Under the pieces are notes generated by a model that searched no databases, was not told where the DNA came from, and saw only the letters and a list, made by a program, of their open reading frames with translations. A program made the position numbers and the translations under genes. From the human T2T-CHM13v2.0 reference genome, Homo sapiens, in NCBI RefSeq assembly GCF_009914755.1, contig NC_060925.1: a DNA stretch of 64,000 bases. The stretch is one strand, 5' to 3'. Below, piece by piece: positions 14,118 to 27,487 of the stretch (position 1 is its first letter; each line of letters starts with the position of its first letter).

Positions 14118-16403
14118 TGATATGGTTTGGCTCTGTGTCCCCACCCAAGACTCACCTTGAATTGTAATAAGCCCCACGTGTTGTAGGAGGGACCTGGTGG
14201 GAGGTAATTGGATCATGGGGCTGTTGGGGGCAGGGGGTGGGGGTAGTTTCTCCATGCTGTTCCCATGATATCGAGTGGGTTCTCATGAGATCTGATGGTT
14301 TTATGTGTCTGGCATTTCCCCTTCTGGCACTCATTCTCTCTCCTGCTGCACTGTGAAGGGGTGCCTTCTGCCTAGATTGTAAAATTCCTGAGGCCTCCCC
14401 AGCCATGCAGAACTGTGAGTCAATTAAACCTCTTTTCTTTATAAATTACCCAGTCTCGAGTATTTCTTCATAGCAGCATGAGTATGAACTAATACGGTAA
14501 ATTGGTACTGAGACAGTGGGGCACTGCTGTAAAGATACCCGAAAATGTAGAAGCGACTTTGGAACTAGGTAACAGGCAGAGGTTAGAACAGTTTGGAAGG
14601 CTCAGAAGAAGACAAGAAGATGTGGAAAAGTTTGGAACTTGCTAGAGACTTGTTGAATGGTTTTGACCAAAATGCTGATAGTGATATGGACAATGAAGTC
14701 CAGGCTGAGGTGGTCTCAGATGGAGATGAGGAACTTCTTGGGAGCTGGAGCAAACGTCACTCTTGCTACACTTCAGCAAAGAAACTGGCAGCATTTTGTC
14801 CCTGCCCTAGAGATCTGTGGAACTTTGAACTTAAGAGAGATGATTTAGGGTATCTGGTGGGAGAAATTTCTAAGTGGCAAAGTGTTCAAGAGGAAGCAGA
14901 GCATAAAAGTTTGGAAAATTTGCAGCCTGACCATGTAGTAGAAAAGAAAAACCCATTTTCTGGGGAGAAATTCAAGCCAGCTGCAGAAATTTGCGTAAGT
15001 AATGAGAAGGCAAATGTTAATCACCAAGTAAATGGGGAAAATGTCTCCAGGGCATGTCAGAGACCTACACAGCAGCCCCTCCCATCACAGCCTCAGTGGC
15101 CTAGGAGGGAAAAATCACTTCCTGGGCTGGGACCAGGTGCCCCCTGCTCTATGCAGCCTTCGGAAATGGTGCACTGCATCCCAGCTGCTTCAGCTCCTGC
15201 TATGGCTAAAAGGGGCCATTGTACAGCTCAATCCAGTGCTTCAGAGGGTGCAAGCTCCAAGCCTTGGTAGCTTCCACGTGATTTTGGGCCTGCAGGTACG
15301 CAGAAGACAAGAATTGAGGTTTGGGAACCTCTGCGTAGATTTCAGAGGATGTATGGAAATGCCTGCGTGTCTAGGCAGAGGTGTGCTGCAGAGGCAAAGC
15401 CCTCATGGAGAACCTCTGCTAGGGCAGTGTGGAAGGGAAATATGAGATAGGAGCCCCCACACAGAGTCCCTACTGGGGCACTGGCTAGTGGAGCTGTGAG
15501 AAGAGGGCCACCGTCCTCCAGTCCCCAGAAAGTAGATCCACAAACAGCTTGCCCCATGTGCCTGGAAAAGCAGCAGACACTCAACACCAACCCGTGAAAG
15601 CACCCGGCGGGGGAGCTGTACCCTGCAAAGCCACAAGGGCAGAGCTGCCCAAAGCCATGGGAGCACACCTCTTGCATCAGTGTGCCCTGGATATGAGACA
15701 TGGAGTCAAAGGAGATCATTTTGGAGCTTTAAGATTTGACTGCCCTGCTGGATTCTGGCCTTGCATGGGGCCTGTAGTCCCTTCTTTTTGGCCAATTTCT
15801 CCCATTTGGAATGAGTGTATTTACTTAATGCCTGTACCCTTATTGAATCTAAGAAGTAACCAACTTGGTTTTTTGGTTTTACAGGCTCACAGGGAGAAGG
15901 GACTTGCCTTATCTCAGACGAGACTTTGGACTTGGACTTTTGGGTTAATGCTGAAATGAGTTAAGACTTTGGGGGACTGTTGGAAGGGCATGATTGTATT
16001 TTCAAACATGAGGACATGAGATTTGGGAGGGGTCAGGGGTGGGAAGTTATAGTTTGCCTCTGGGTCCCCACCCAAATCTCATCTTAAATTGTAATAATTC
16101 CCACATGTCGTGGGAGGCACCCAGTGGGAGGTAATTGGATCATGGGAGTTGTTTCCCCCATGCTGTTGTCATGATAGTGAGTGAGTTCTCATGAGATCTG
16201 GTGGTTTTATATTCTTCTGGCATTTTCCCTGCTGGCACTCATTCTGTCTCCTGACACCCTGTGAAGAAACGCCTCCACCATGATTGTAAGTTTTCTGCGG
16301 CTTCCCTAGCCATTCAGAACTGTGAGTCAATTAAACCTCTTTCCTTTATAAATTACCCAATCTTGGGTATTTCTTCATAGCAGTGTGAGAACAGGCTAAT
16401 ACA
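14118..16403 (+). mobile_element. Full-length THE1 (THE1C/D-like) MaLR provirus: 5' LTR 14118-14496, internal region, 3' LTR ~16045-16403
   Basis: Two homologous LTRs, THE1-int sequence, polypurine tract before the 3' LTR, TSD TCATA/TCACA. Confidence 0.95.
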
Positions 16404-16785
16404 TCACAGTTTTCACAATTCCCACTTTTTTTTTTTCCTGCATCTACTATGTTGGTATGGGTTCACAATATTCCTCAGCTTAGTGTTCATCTCAGAAAGA
16501 CAGTCAGTCACAGCAGCAAAACCTGCTCCAGGTCAATCTGGAGAGACAGCCATCTCCTCTTTCCACCTCACCTAGAGAGGAATTAAAACAAGGGGAGGTG
16601 GAGGAAGATTTTCATAGTCCTCAACCCATTGCTTTTGGATCTAGGCCTGGCATACATGAGCAAGGTGACTGAAATAATCATTTTCCTTATTTTTAAGGTG
16701 GTGCTTACCATTGACTAGAATACAAGAGAGATACACTAACTCCTGAGTCTTCCCTTTTTCCACTGCCTTGCACACCTCTCCTTTC

Positions 16786-17112
16786 TTCTCACTTTCACTT
16801 CCATAGCCTTCCCGAATAACAAATCTGCAGTAGCAAATGAAATTCTAGGGGGAGTTTTCTCCTTTCTCTTTCTGACAAATCACTTTTCTCTCCCAAATTC
16901 ACCCACGCCAGCCAAAGGAGGATGTAAGGAGATTTAAAAAGTAATTGCAGGAGCTATTTTGGAACCTCATTAAGTAATGAGGTTTGGCATAAATCTGTCT
17001 GGCTATTATTTTCCCCCAGGATGGGTCATCCCAAATTTTCTGATCTAGTAAGCAGAAATAACAGGAAAAACCTACACTTTTTTTATTTTATTTTATGAAG
17101 TTTCACTTTCCC
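16786..17112. promoter_or_regulatory. Candidate interferon-responsive enhancer (EICE/IRF, NF-kB-like, ISRE)
   Basis: GGAAGTGAAAGTGAGAA (- strand, 16786-16802); GGGAGTTTTC 16850-16859; AGTTTCACTTTCCC 17099-17112. Confidence 0.45.
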
Positions 17113-17344
17113 CAAGTAGGGAGTATGGTCTGTATAAACTGGGGTATTTGAATACTAATGCTGAATATGAGGATGCCAATATTAGGGGCTAAATGTCAGA
17201 AGATCTGAAAAGCCCATGAGAAGAAGATGGAAAGAGACTATTCCAAGATAGGGGAAATGGGGGCAGAGCCACGGTGACAAGAGGGCTTCTCCCCTGATAT
17301 TGAAACAATATGGTATCATGGCTGCAGGCATGGACTCCAAACCC

Positions 17345-17822
17345 ACACTGCCCACAGCAGCAGCCATAAGCCACACATAGCTCTCAAACATCCTAAATGT
17401 GCAACTGAGGAACTGAATTTTATATTGTATTTAGTTTTAATTTAAAACTCATATTCAATTCAGTTATTGAAAATAAGTATGATTGAAATAAGTTAAATAT
17501 ATAAACCTTCATTTTCAACTAAATTCTATGAAATCTATATACTAATGAAATATTTCTGATTAAAATTTATCATTCAAATTGAGATGTGCTGTAAGATTAA
17601 AATACACATCAGACTTCAAAGACTTAATACAAAAAATGTGAAGTGTCTTATGAGTGATTTTTATAGTGATTACATGTTGAAGTGATAATATTTTGGATAT
17701 ATTGGGTTTAATCAGATATATTAAATTGACTTCGTTCGTCTCTTTTTACTTTTTTGAGGTAGCTACTGGAAAATTTTAAATTACACATGTGCTTGCATTA
17801 TATTTTTATTGGACAATGCTTT
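17345..17822. mobile_element. hAT-Charlie (MER33/Charlie-like) DNA transposon relic
   Basis: gcaactgaggaactgaattttatattgtattt...tttttattggacaatgct. Confidence 0.7.
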
Positions 17823-17975
17823 TCTGGAGCATGGACTACATGAGTTCAAATTCCATTTCTACCACTTTCTAGCTAGGAGATGTGCTCAAATGTGTTTTCT
17901 GGGCCTTTTACGAAAAATGGGCCAATAATAATACCTACGACATAGAGTTGGTGTGAAATATAAGTGAATTATATG

Positions 17976-19420
17976 TGTCACAGGATGTTTCAGGGGTTGT
18001 TTCACCAGCCGGAAACCCCTGTGTCCAGTGGCACCTTTGCCTGAGTCTTGCTTGGGCCTGCTGGGCTCATTCCACCCACTCAGCCTGGCAGGCTGTGCTT
18101 GGCCTACACTACCAGCCCAGATCCCATGCCTGCCAAGGGTGAGCCAGGCACAGAGCAGCAAGGGGTGTGTGAGCGAGCAAGTGTGGGGTCCAGCCACTGC
18201 ACACAGCCAGGCACTCCAGCTGCTGCGGCAGGGCAGGCAGCTCCAGGCGCCAGCATAGGCACTGGCTCCATGTGAGGCTACGACTGGACCAGACGTACTG
18301 CAACTGGCGTCTGGACAGGGGGAATGCAGTAGCATCCAAAAGCTTGCAGATGCCAGAAACCACAGACCTCCAAAGAGGGTGTTACAGCCCTCGCCCGTGG
18401 ACCCCCTTGGTCTGGGCCGCAGCTCCTCTTTCTCATAGCCTGCAACATAGTGAGTGGGGGGGCATGTTTCTGCCCTGTTTGTGTTACAGCTCTTTCAGTC
18501 TCACCATTCAGCGGTCCTGAATTCTTGCCCCATGTCCAGGAAGAATGAACTAAGTGGACAACTGGAGGGTGAGCAAGGTAGAGAGGAGCTTTATTGAGTA
18601 ACGGAACATCTTTTGGGAGACCCAAAGTGGGTAGCTCCTATACACAGGCAGGTCGTCCCGATGAGTGTCCAGCTCTTAGCAGAGAGGAGACCCAGAGTGA
18701 GTAGTTCCTATCTGGAGGCACGTCATCCTGATGAGCTGAGGAGACCCGAATTGGGTAGCTCCTTCCGCAGCTAGTAGTCCCGATGTCTATGTGAGTCTAG
18801 CTGAATCTGTGGTTTTTATGGGCTCAGAAGAGAGAAAGTGTGTAGTTATTGGTCCATGGGTAGTCATAGGTGGGCCTGAAAAAAGCACCGTAAGTTCTCA
18901 CTCCAGGCTGCAGACTCCACCCAACACTGACAGCCTGGCCCCCATGCTTCCGGCCATCCTTGGTTTGAAGATGGGGCTTCACTGAGGACCCACCCCTTTC
19001 TGCCCGGGATCCTGTCTTCCTCCTGTCTCCATTAATCATGTTGTCCACAGGCACCCAGGCTGTTCATGGCAAGGTCATGACAGTGCCTGGGCTCAGCTAC
19101 AACTTTGCTCCACACTGGAGCAGATGCCAGGTGCAGGGAGAGGCCAGGGAGTGAGAGCAGGCACTTCTGAGACTGCAGGGGGAGAGGGGGCTTCCAAACC
19201 CCCAAGAGCACAGCAACGCTGGGTCCGGAGCTGCAGCTGGGTGGCTGCAGCCATGCCCAGGGAGTGCCGGTCTCCCACTCCGCCAACTCAGAAGCAGGCA
19301 GGGCTCCCACCTGTTCCTGGCTCCCACAGGCTCTGTGGAGCACATAGGTCCAGCCACGCCTCCCCTGCTACAGCCAGCATCTTCACAGTGGCTGCTCTAG
19401 ACAGGCTTCCGCTGCTATCA
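17976..19420 (-). mobile_element. MER52-like ERV1 solo LTR inserted in a MIR
   Basis: GC-rich 1.45 kb; reverse complement TGATAGCAGCGG...TGTGACA; 4-bp TSD TATG/CATG; MIR sequence on both sides. Confidence 0.85.
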
Positions 19421-19829
19421 CATGTAAGTGTGTAATTCATGAATAGTTCATGTCAGATGGTGTGTTCAATATATGTTACCTATTATTATGCTTATAGCTG
19501 TCAAGGTTGTGGGAACAGCAAGAAACTGGAAAAAGACTGTGAAATGTGAGAAAGAAAAAATTTTTCTCTTTCTTCTGAAAGCCTTGTAGAAAATATCCAT
19601 TCAGATCTGGGTGGAAAATGACTGAGACCTTGCTCCCAGGGCATACAGCTGCACACTAGGACACCACTGACATCCCCTCATGGGTTGTGGATTAGAACAT
19701 TCTCTGTCTCCTGAATACTTTCCTACAAAATCCCAAAAGGAACAACTAATGCAAGGTTGCCCTGATATAATTTAGAAAGTGATATTAGTAAAAATGTGGC
19801 ACTGAACCACAAGTGTGAAGGCTCTCTGC

Positions 19830-19985
19830 CACAACTAGCCTTATACCTTTCAGAAAGTCCTTAGTTTCTCTGGGCTCTGTTTCCTCATCAACTAAATAGA
19901 GATAATAGGAAGTGCTATTATGAGGATTAAATAAAATGGCAGGGTAGAGAGAGGTCTGTAAACTACATAGTACTGTACCAATGTC
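19830..19985 (+). mobile_element. MIR SINE
   Basis: ctctgggctctgtttcctcatcaactaaatagagataatag. Confidence 0.7.
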
Positions 19986-20343
19986 AATACCTTTTACTTT
20001 TAGAACCATTACTGCAGGACTAGCTTTCCTCCTGGACAAAACATATAGATGCTTCTATAGGATTATTTCCAGAGATCATGAAGACCTACCAGTCTTCCAA
20101 ACTTTCTCTAAACTGGTCTATGGTAAAGTGGTCAAATCCTATGCTGTAGAAAGTTCCAATAGTCCTTTGGGAAACAAAAATGCAAAAGACATCCAATTTA
20201 GGGATAAACTAGTAAATCGCCATCATCTATTAACATCTTGTCTCTTTAGAGCTTGCAGTGACCTGATAAGTCTTTGAGGAAATGAGCCACAGTTTAGGTA
20301 GGTTTTCATTTATTCTTTTACTCCTTAAATCAACAGATGTACA

Positions 20344-20346
20344 TGT

Positions 20347-20382
<36 letters not shown>
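20344..20382. repeat. (TG)n microsatellite
   Basis: Read directly. Confidence 0.9.
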
Positions 20383-20383
<1 letters not shown>

Positions 20384-20615
20384 CTATAGCATGTTACTGA
20401 AATAAGAATTACTAAAGCAGGATACGAAAAATGGATCAGGACTGCAGGGGGGAGTGGATAATGTGATTTCAATTGGGTAGTCAGACTATGCCTCACTGAG
20501 AAGGTACCAGTTAAGCAAAGACTTGAAGGAGTTGATTATGCAGCCACCTTGGGAAGAATGTTACAGAAAGAGGAAAAAACTCTTGTGAAAACTCTAGGAC
20601 AGGAGCACACCCATG

Positions 20616-23340
20616 ACTAAATGAAATTGAAACAAAAAAATATGAAATATAAACGAAACAAAAAGCTGGTTCTTTGAAAAGATAAATAAAATTGATAGAC
20701 CATTAGCAAGATTAACCAAGGAAAGAAGAAAATCCAAATAAGCTAATAAGAAACGAAATGGGAGATATTACAACAGACACCACAGAAATACAAAAGAACA
20801 TTCAAGGCTACTATGGACACCTTTACGTGCATAAACTAGAAAACCAAGAAAAGATGGATAAATTCCTGGAAAGATGTAACTCTCCTAGATTAAATCAGGA
20901 ACAATTAGATACCCTGAACAGACCAATAAGAAGCAGCGAGATTGAAATGGTAATTTAAAAATTACCAACAAAAAAAGTCCAGGACCAGACAGATGCACAG
21001 CAGAATTCTACCAGACATTCAAAGAAAATTTGGTACCAATTCTATTGACACTATTCCACATCATAGAGAAAGAGGGAACCCTCCCTAATTAATTCTATGA
21101 AGCCAGTATCACCCTAATGCCAAAACCAGGAAAGGACATAACAAGAAAAGAAAACTACAGACCCAATATCCCCAATGAAATAGATCCTAAAATCCTTAAC
21201 AAAATACTAGCTAACCAAATCCATTAACATATCAAAAAAGTAGTACACCACGTTCAAGTGGGTTTCATACAAGGGATGAAGGGATGGAGGGACGGTTTAA
21301 CATATGCCAGTCAAGAAATGTGATAAAAAACAAAAAATCACATGATAATCTCAATAGATGCCGAAAAAGCATTCAACAAAATCCAGCATCCCTTTATAAT
21401 TAAAACTTAGCAAAACTGGCTTACAATGGACATACCTCAATATAACAAAAGCCATCTATGACAAACCCACAGCCAACACAATACTGAATGGGGAAAAGTT
21501 GAAAGCATTCCCTCTGAGAACTGGAACAAGAAAAGGATGCCCACTCTCACCACTCCTCTTCAACATAGTACTGGAAGTCCTAGGCAGAGCAATCAGACAA
21601 GAGAAAGAAATAAAGGTCATCTAAATCAGAAAAGAAGAAGTCAAACTGTTGCTGTTTGTGGCGATATCATAATTTAACTAGAAAACCCTAAAGACTCCTC
21701 CAGAAAGCTCCTAGAACTGATGAAATAATTCAGCAAAGTTTCGGGATACAAAATTAATGTACACAAATCAGTAGCTTTTCTATACATCAACAGCGTCCGA
21801 GCTGAGAATCAAATCAAGAATGCAACCCCCTTTACAACAGCTGCAAAATAAAATAAAATACTTAGGAATATGCCTAACCAAGGAGGTGAAAGACTTCTAC
21901 AAGGAAAACTACAAAACACTGCTGAAAGAAATCATAGACGACACACACAAATGGAAACACATCCCATGCTCAGGGATGGGTAGAATTAAAATTGTGAAAA
22001 TGACCATGCTGCCAAAAGCAACCTACAAATTCAATCAATTCCCATTCAAATACCACCACCATTCTTCACAGAATTAGAAAAAACAATTCTAAAATTCATA
22101 AGGAACCAAAAAACAGCTCACATAGCCAAAGCAAGACTAAGCAAAAAGAACAAATATGAAGGCATCAATATTACCTGATTTCAAACTATACTATAAGGCC
22201 ATAGTCACCAAAACAGCATACCAGTACAGCATACTCTACTGGTATAAAAATAGGCACATAGAGCAATGGAACAGAATAGAGAACCCAGAAATAAACCCAA
22301 ATACTTACAGCCAACTGATCTTCAACAAAGCAAACAAAAACACAAAGTGGGGAAAGGACACCCTATTCAACAAATGGTACTGGGCTAATTGGCTAGCCAC
22401 ATGTAAGAGAATGAAACTGGATCCTCATCTCTCACCTTATACAAAAATCAACTCAAGATGGATTAAGGACTGAAATCTAAGACCTGAAACTATAAAAATT
22501 CTAGAAGATAACATTGGAAAAAACCCTTCTAGACATTGCCTTAGGCAAGAATTTCATGATTAAGAACCCAAAAGCAAATGCAATAAAAACAAAGATCAAT
22601 AGGTGGGATTTAATTAAACTAAAGGGCTTTTGCACAGCAAAAGGAACAGTCAGCAGAGTAAATAGACAACCCACAGAGTGGGAAAACAATCTTTACAATC
22701 TATACAACTGACAAAGTGCTAATATCCAGAATCTACAATGAACTCAAACAAATCAACAAGAAAAAAAAATTCCATCAAAAAGTGGGATAAGGATATGAAT
22801 AGACAATTCTCAAAAGAAAATATACAAATGGCCAACAAACATATGAAAAAATGCTCAGCACCACTAATGATCAGGGAAATGCAAATCAAAACCACAATGT
22901 GACATCACCTTACTCCTGAAAGAATGGCCATAATCAAAAAATAAAAAAATAGTAGATGTTGGCATGGAAGTGGTGAACAGGGAACACTTCTACGCTGCTG
23001 GTGGGAATGTAAACTAGTACAACCACTATGGAAAACAGCATGGAGATCCCTTAACAGAACTAAAAGTAGAACTATCATTTGATCCAGCAATCCCACTACT
23101 GGGTATCTACCCAGAAGAAAAGAAGTCATTACATTAAAAAGATACTTGCACACACATGTTTATAGCAGCACAATTTGCAATTGCAAAAACGTGGAACCAA
23201 CCCAAATGGCCATCAACCAATGAGGATAAAGAGACTGTAGTATATATACACAATGGAATACTACTCGGCCATAAAAAGGAATGAATTAATGGCATTCACA
23301 GCAACCTGGACGAGATTGGAGACTATTATTCTAAGTGAAG
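20616..23340 (+). mobile_element. L1PB-like LINE ORF2 fragment, truncated at both ends
   Basis: ORF2p peptides in the ORF track ([29 protein letters not shown]); frameshifts; no 3'UTR or poly-A. Confidence 0.92.
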
Positions 23341-24419
23341 ACCAAGACCATGGTCCACATAAAACCTCTCTCAGGAGCCATCCTATGGCATCTCATTTTG
23401 AGAAAAAAATCTGAGCTATCACCAAACTTTTGGGTGTGCAGGTTATCTGACCATAGTCAGACTGATGTTTTAAAAAATTCTTTTATATTAGAAGCACCGC
23501 TAGGTACAAGAGGCCCAAATTCTATGTTCCTTTAGACCCTCTAGCTGTGCCGTTGGTATACCAGGGTCTATGGACCTCAAAGTGCCATTAAAAATATTAA
23601 GCAGATTTCAAAGAAAAAAAAACTGACACGGTCAGCCCACCTATTGCCAAAGTGTGAGAAACTGATGGAAATGACTTGATAAGAGCAATCAGTACCTTTA
23701 ATAAACTGTGCTACCCAAAATCTGTTTGCCTAAAATCATAGTTAGAAAAATATGTGTTCCTTCTCTATTTCCTGCCCCTCTAGATTACATAAATGGTATC
23801 TGCACCAAGCAGACAACTGAGATCAAACCCTTCACTGCACACATATTAATTTTTTTAGTGGCTAAAGTGTCATCTGTTCACATTCCTCTCTTTTGTACAT
23901 AGGTTCAGAAGTTAGAACATCTAGAGCACATCAGAGAAGGGTTTGGGGTAGGGTGAGAGTGTGGGACTCTTGCAACATCACATTCCATTTACCATCTAGG
24001 GAATTATACTTACGCTAATGTGCTCTAGGTGAGGGTAAAGGCAGGTAGAGCTCTAATAACAACGCTTATTGGGGATGGCTTTCTTCTAATCTAGTATTTA
24101 GCATCTACAATGAACAGTAAGTAGGACAAGAATCTTCTTCATTAGACAAAACCACCCTAGTTAAATACCAGCTCACAAAAACAACCACAGCAAGAACAGG
24201 TAGGACTGGGTAAAGAAATCTTCTCTTTGACCTCAAATTAGACTAATGGTTATTCTAACAGCAAAGTGAATAGGAATTAGGCCAAGGACAGTCCACATCT
24301 CCTTTGGAAAGTGCTGGGTATGTGTAGCCTTGTTCAAGAAGGCTAAAATAACCTGGCGTAGGGTCTATTAAAATGCATTACAAAGCAAAGCAAAATAGAC
24401 GTTGTTATTTAAAACTAGT

Positions 24420-24525
24420 TAGGTGGTGGTTGCACAACATTGTGAATGTACCAAATGCCACAGAATTGCTCACTTTAAAATGGTTACTTTTACATTACGT
24501 GGGTTTCACCTCAATTAAAAAGAGA
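24420..24525 (+). mobile_element. L1MB-type 3' end fragment
   Basis: ggtggttgcacaacattgtgaatgtaccaaatgccacagaattg. Confidence 0.7.
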
Positions 24526-24741
24526 GAAAGAGAACTTGCTCCTAAACAGTTACACAAAAAAACTACATCCGGAAGCAATTTACTTGTATTTTAAGAAAAT
24601 GACTTGTCCCCACAGAGTTTATGACAGGATTTATGAAACAAAAATCAAAGAAAATATATATAAAGATTGGTCCTAGAAAAGATTTTTAAAAGATGAAAGC
24701 AAACATAGAAAAAAGCAGTATAATATAAAATAAATAAGATG

Positions 24742-24876
24742 GGGCCAAATGCAGTGCCTCACTTTGGGAGGCCGAAGCGGGTGGATTGCTTCAGGCCAGG
24801 AGTTCGAGGCCTGGCCAACATGTTGAAACCCGTCTCTACAAAAAAAAAACAAAAAAAAACTATCTATCTATCTATC

Positions 24877-24934
<58 letters not shown>

Positions 24935-25113
24935 ACATATATTAGCCGAGCATGGTGGTGGGCACCTGTAAATCCAGCCACTTGGGAATTTGAGGCTCAA
25001 GAAGCACTTGAACCTAGGAGGTGGAGGTTGCAGTGAGCCAAGATTGCCCCACTGCACTCCAGCCTGGGCGACAGAGTGAGACTCTGACTCAAAAAATAAA
25101 GAAAAATAAAAAA
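24742..25113 (+). mobile_element. AluJ-like SINE with an STR in the middle linker
   Basis: Diverged left and right Alu arms separated by a TATC array. Confidence 0.88.
24860..24934. repeat. Compound GATA-type tetranucleotide STR [TATC]4[ATCT]14
   Basis: Read directly. Confidence 0.95.
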
Positions 25114-25119
25114 CAAGAT

Positions 25120-25700
25120 GGTAACACCAAATCTAAATATTTCAATTACCCTGATACGTATAAATTAAACTTGCCGGTTAAAACACAATGTCAGACTGGA
25201 ATAAGACATACTCCAGTTCCTATGCTATTTAAAAAAGACTTTCCTAAAGCATGAAAATGCTGAAGGGTTGAAAAGAAAAGAATGAGAAAAGACACAGCCG
25301 CCAAATACTAACCAAAAGACAGCTAGTATAGCTATATTAATAATAATCAAAGAAGACTTCAAGACAAATAGCTTCATTAAAGACAGCATTTCTATGCAAT
25401 GATTAAACATTAGGCACCAAAGCAATATAACAATTCTAAACTTGCATGCACCTCATTAAATAGACTTAACAGATATAAACAAAAATTGAGAGACCTCAAG
25501 GAATAAATTGACAAATCCACCATGAGAGTGGGAGACTACAACACTCTTATTTCAATAAGTTATAATTCAAGTAGCCAAAAAGGCAAAAATATGGAAGTCG
25601 AAGAATACAATTAACAACTTTGATCTGACGGAATACTTAGAAATATTTATTATATACTCAACAGGTCTATAAAAGATGTCACAACAAATTTCAAAAGAAT
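25120..25700 (+). mobile_element. Old L1M ORF2 5' (endonuclease-region) fragment
   Basis: aatactaaccaaaagacagctagtatagctatattaata...gtgggagactacaacactct. Confidence 0.65.
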
Positions 25701-25958
25701 AGTTTTATGAATCTAATTTGTTCCCTAAACCGTAGGAATTTAACCATGGCTATGGGAAAAGTGGGGTCCAATCTTAAATGAAATGAAATAAATTTTCTGA
25801 CACCTAATGGACTAAAGGAAATAGAAGTTAAAATATGTGACAGAAAAATGTTTAAAGCCACATTTCTTGAATATGGAGTTTATGGAATGAGAGTTTTTCT
25901 ACTAGACTTTTTTTTAACTGCAAGAATACTGTTTTCAGAATACAGTTTTATACTCTGA

Positions 25959-26292
<334 letters not shown>

Positions 26293-27487
26293 CAAATCTA
26301 ATATTACATGATAGGCATTTTGTCATATCATTGTTATCTTTTATTTAGGAACTCTTCCCCAGGCCCTACATTTCTCTCTCCTTCAGCCAGAAATCAAAAG
26401 ACCTCTTCTGAATATAAATTTGTCAATTAAGATACCTGGAGACCAACACACCTAGAAAGTTATAATTCCTTTTAGACTTCATCTTGGTCAACCCGTTCAA
26501 CAATATATTCTAATTCCTGATGCAGCCAAATGTACTTTCTTTTGTTTAGGTCTCAGTTGTAGTGAAATAAAAGACGACTTCTATACTTTCAGTTAACTGA
26601 GGGTTTAAAATCGGACTACCTACAGCTTTTTCTTTTCTGGAATATAGTCAATACCAGCCCTTCTTTCCATCACAGAAACCCATAATTACTATTTCCTCCT
26701 AATTTTCTGATTAGAAACTTGTTCTTTGGGCTTTTTCTAGAAAACTTCCCACAGGCCTTACCTCACTGGAATCTCCTTCCACAGCAGCCTAGTCCTTAAG
26801 TCAGAGCTTCAGGGATGACCATGTATTTTGATAGGGTAAGAACATATATCAGATAGAGTTCTTTATTGAATAGTGGTGAGGCATGATAAGAAGTTTTGAA
26901 AGTTAGCCAGGAAGAAGTGCTACTGGCTATTTTCACTTAGAAACTTGACTAGCTCTTACTGTTTAACTGTGTGCTAATCCCTGGGAAAGAGAAGGCACAA
27001 GTGTTACAGGATTTTAAGGCTCCTCCCATTAAAATCCTTAGCTTTCTGTTTCCTTTTTCTGACAAGCCTGAACAGTTTTTCTCGTATTAGCTTGAGAGTT
27101 CAGCCAAAGATTATTTTAGGTGTAGAGAAATGAAAGCAAAGAGCTCTTCCTTTGTTTCCCAGATTTCAAGGGAGTTCACAACTTAGAGTAGTGGACAAGA
27201 GACTGGGTAACAGAAAGAACTCAAGTCAAAGCAAAGGAAACACCCCAAACAGTATAAGGGACTATGCTGAGGAGTCATGAGGGACAAGCCAACAGAATGC
27301 AAATAAGGGGAAAACACATGAGTACAAAGGGTTTCAAATGGAAGAGGAAAACTGAGCCTGGGAGAAGGCAGCAGTTTGAGCTAATTAGAACAACTGTGGC
27401 CTTGAGTTTAGTGGGAAAGGGTCCAATAAAGTGACCAGTCCTGCTTGGAAAACACCAGTGTACTTCCAGTCTTCTAAAGTCACTTGG

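Noticed and set aside
17886-19435. Dense overlapping ORFs and GC richness suggesting a gene or CpG island
   Set aside because: Entirely within the GC-rich MER52-like LTR, where stops are scarce by composition
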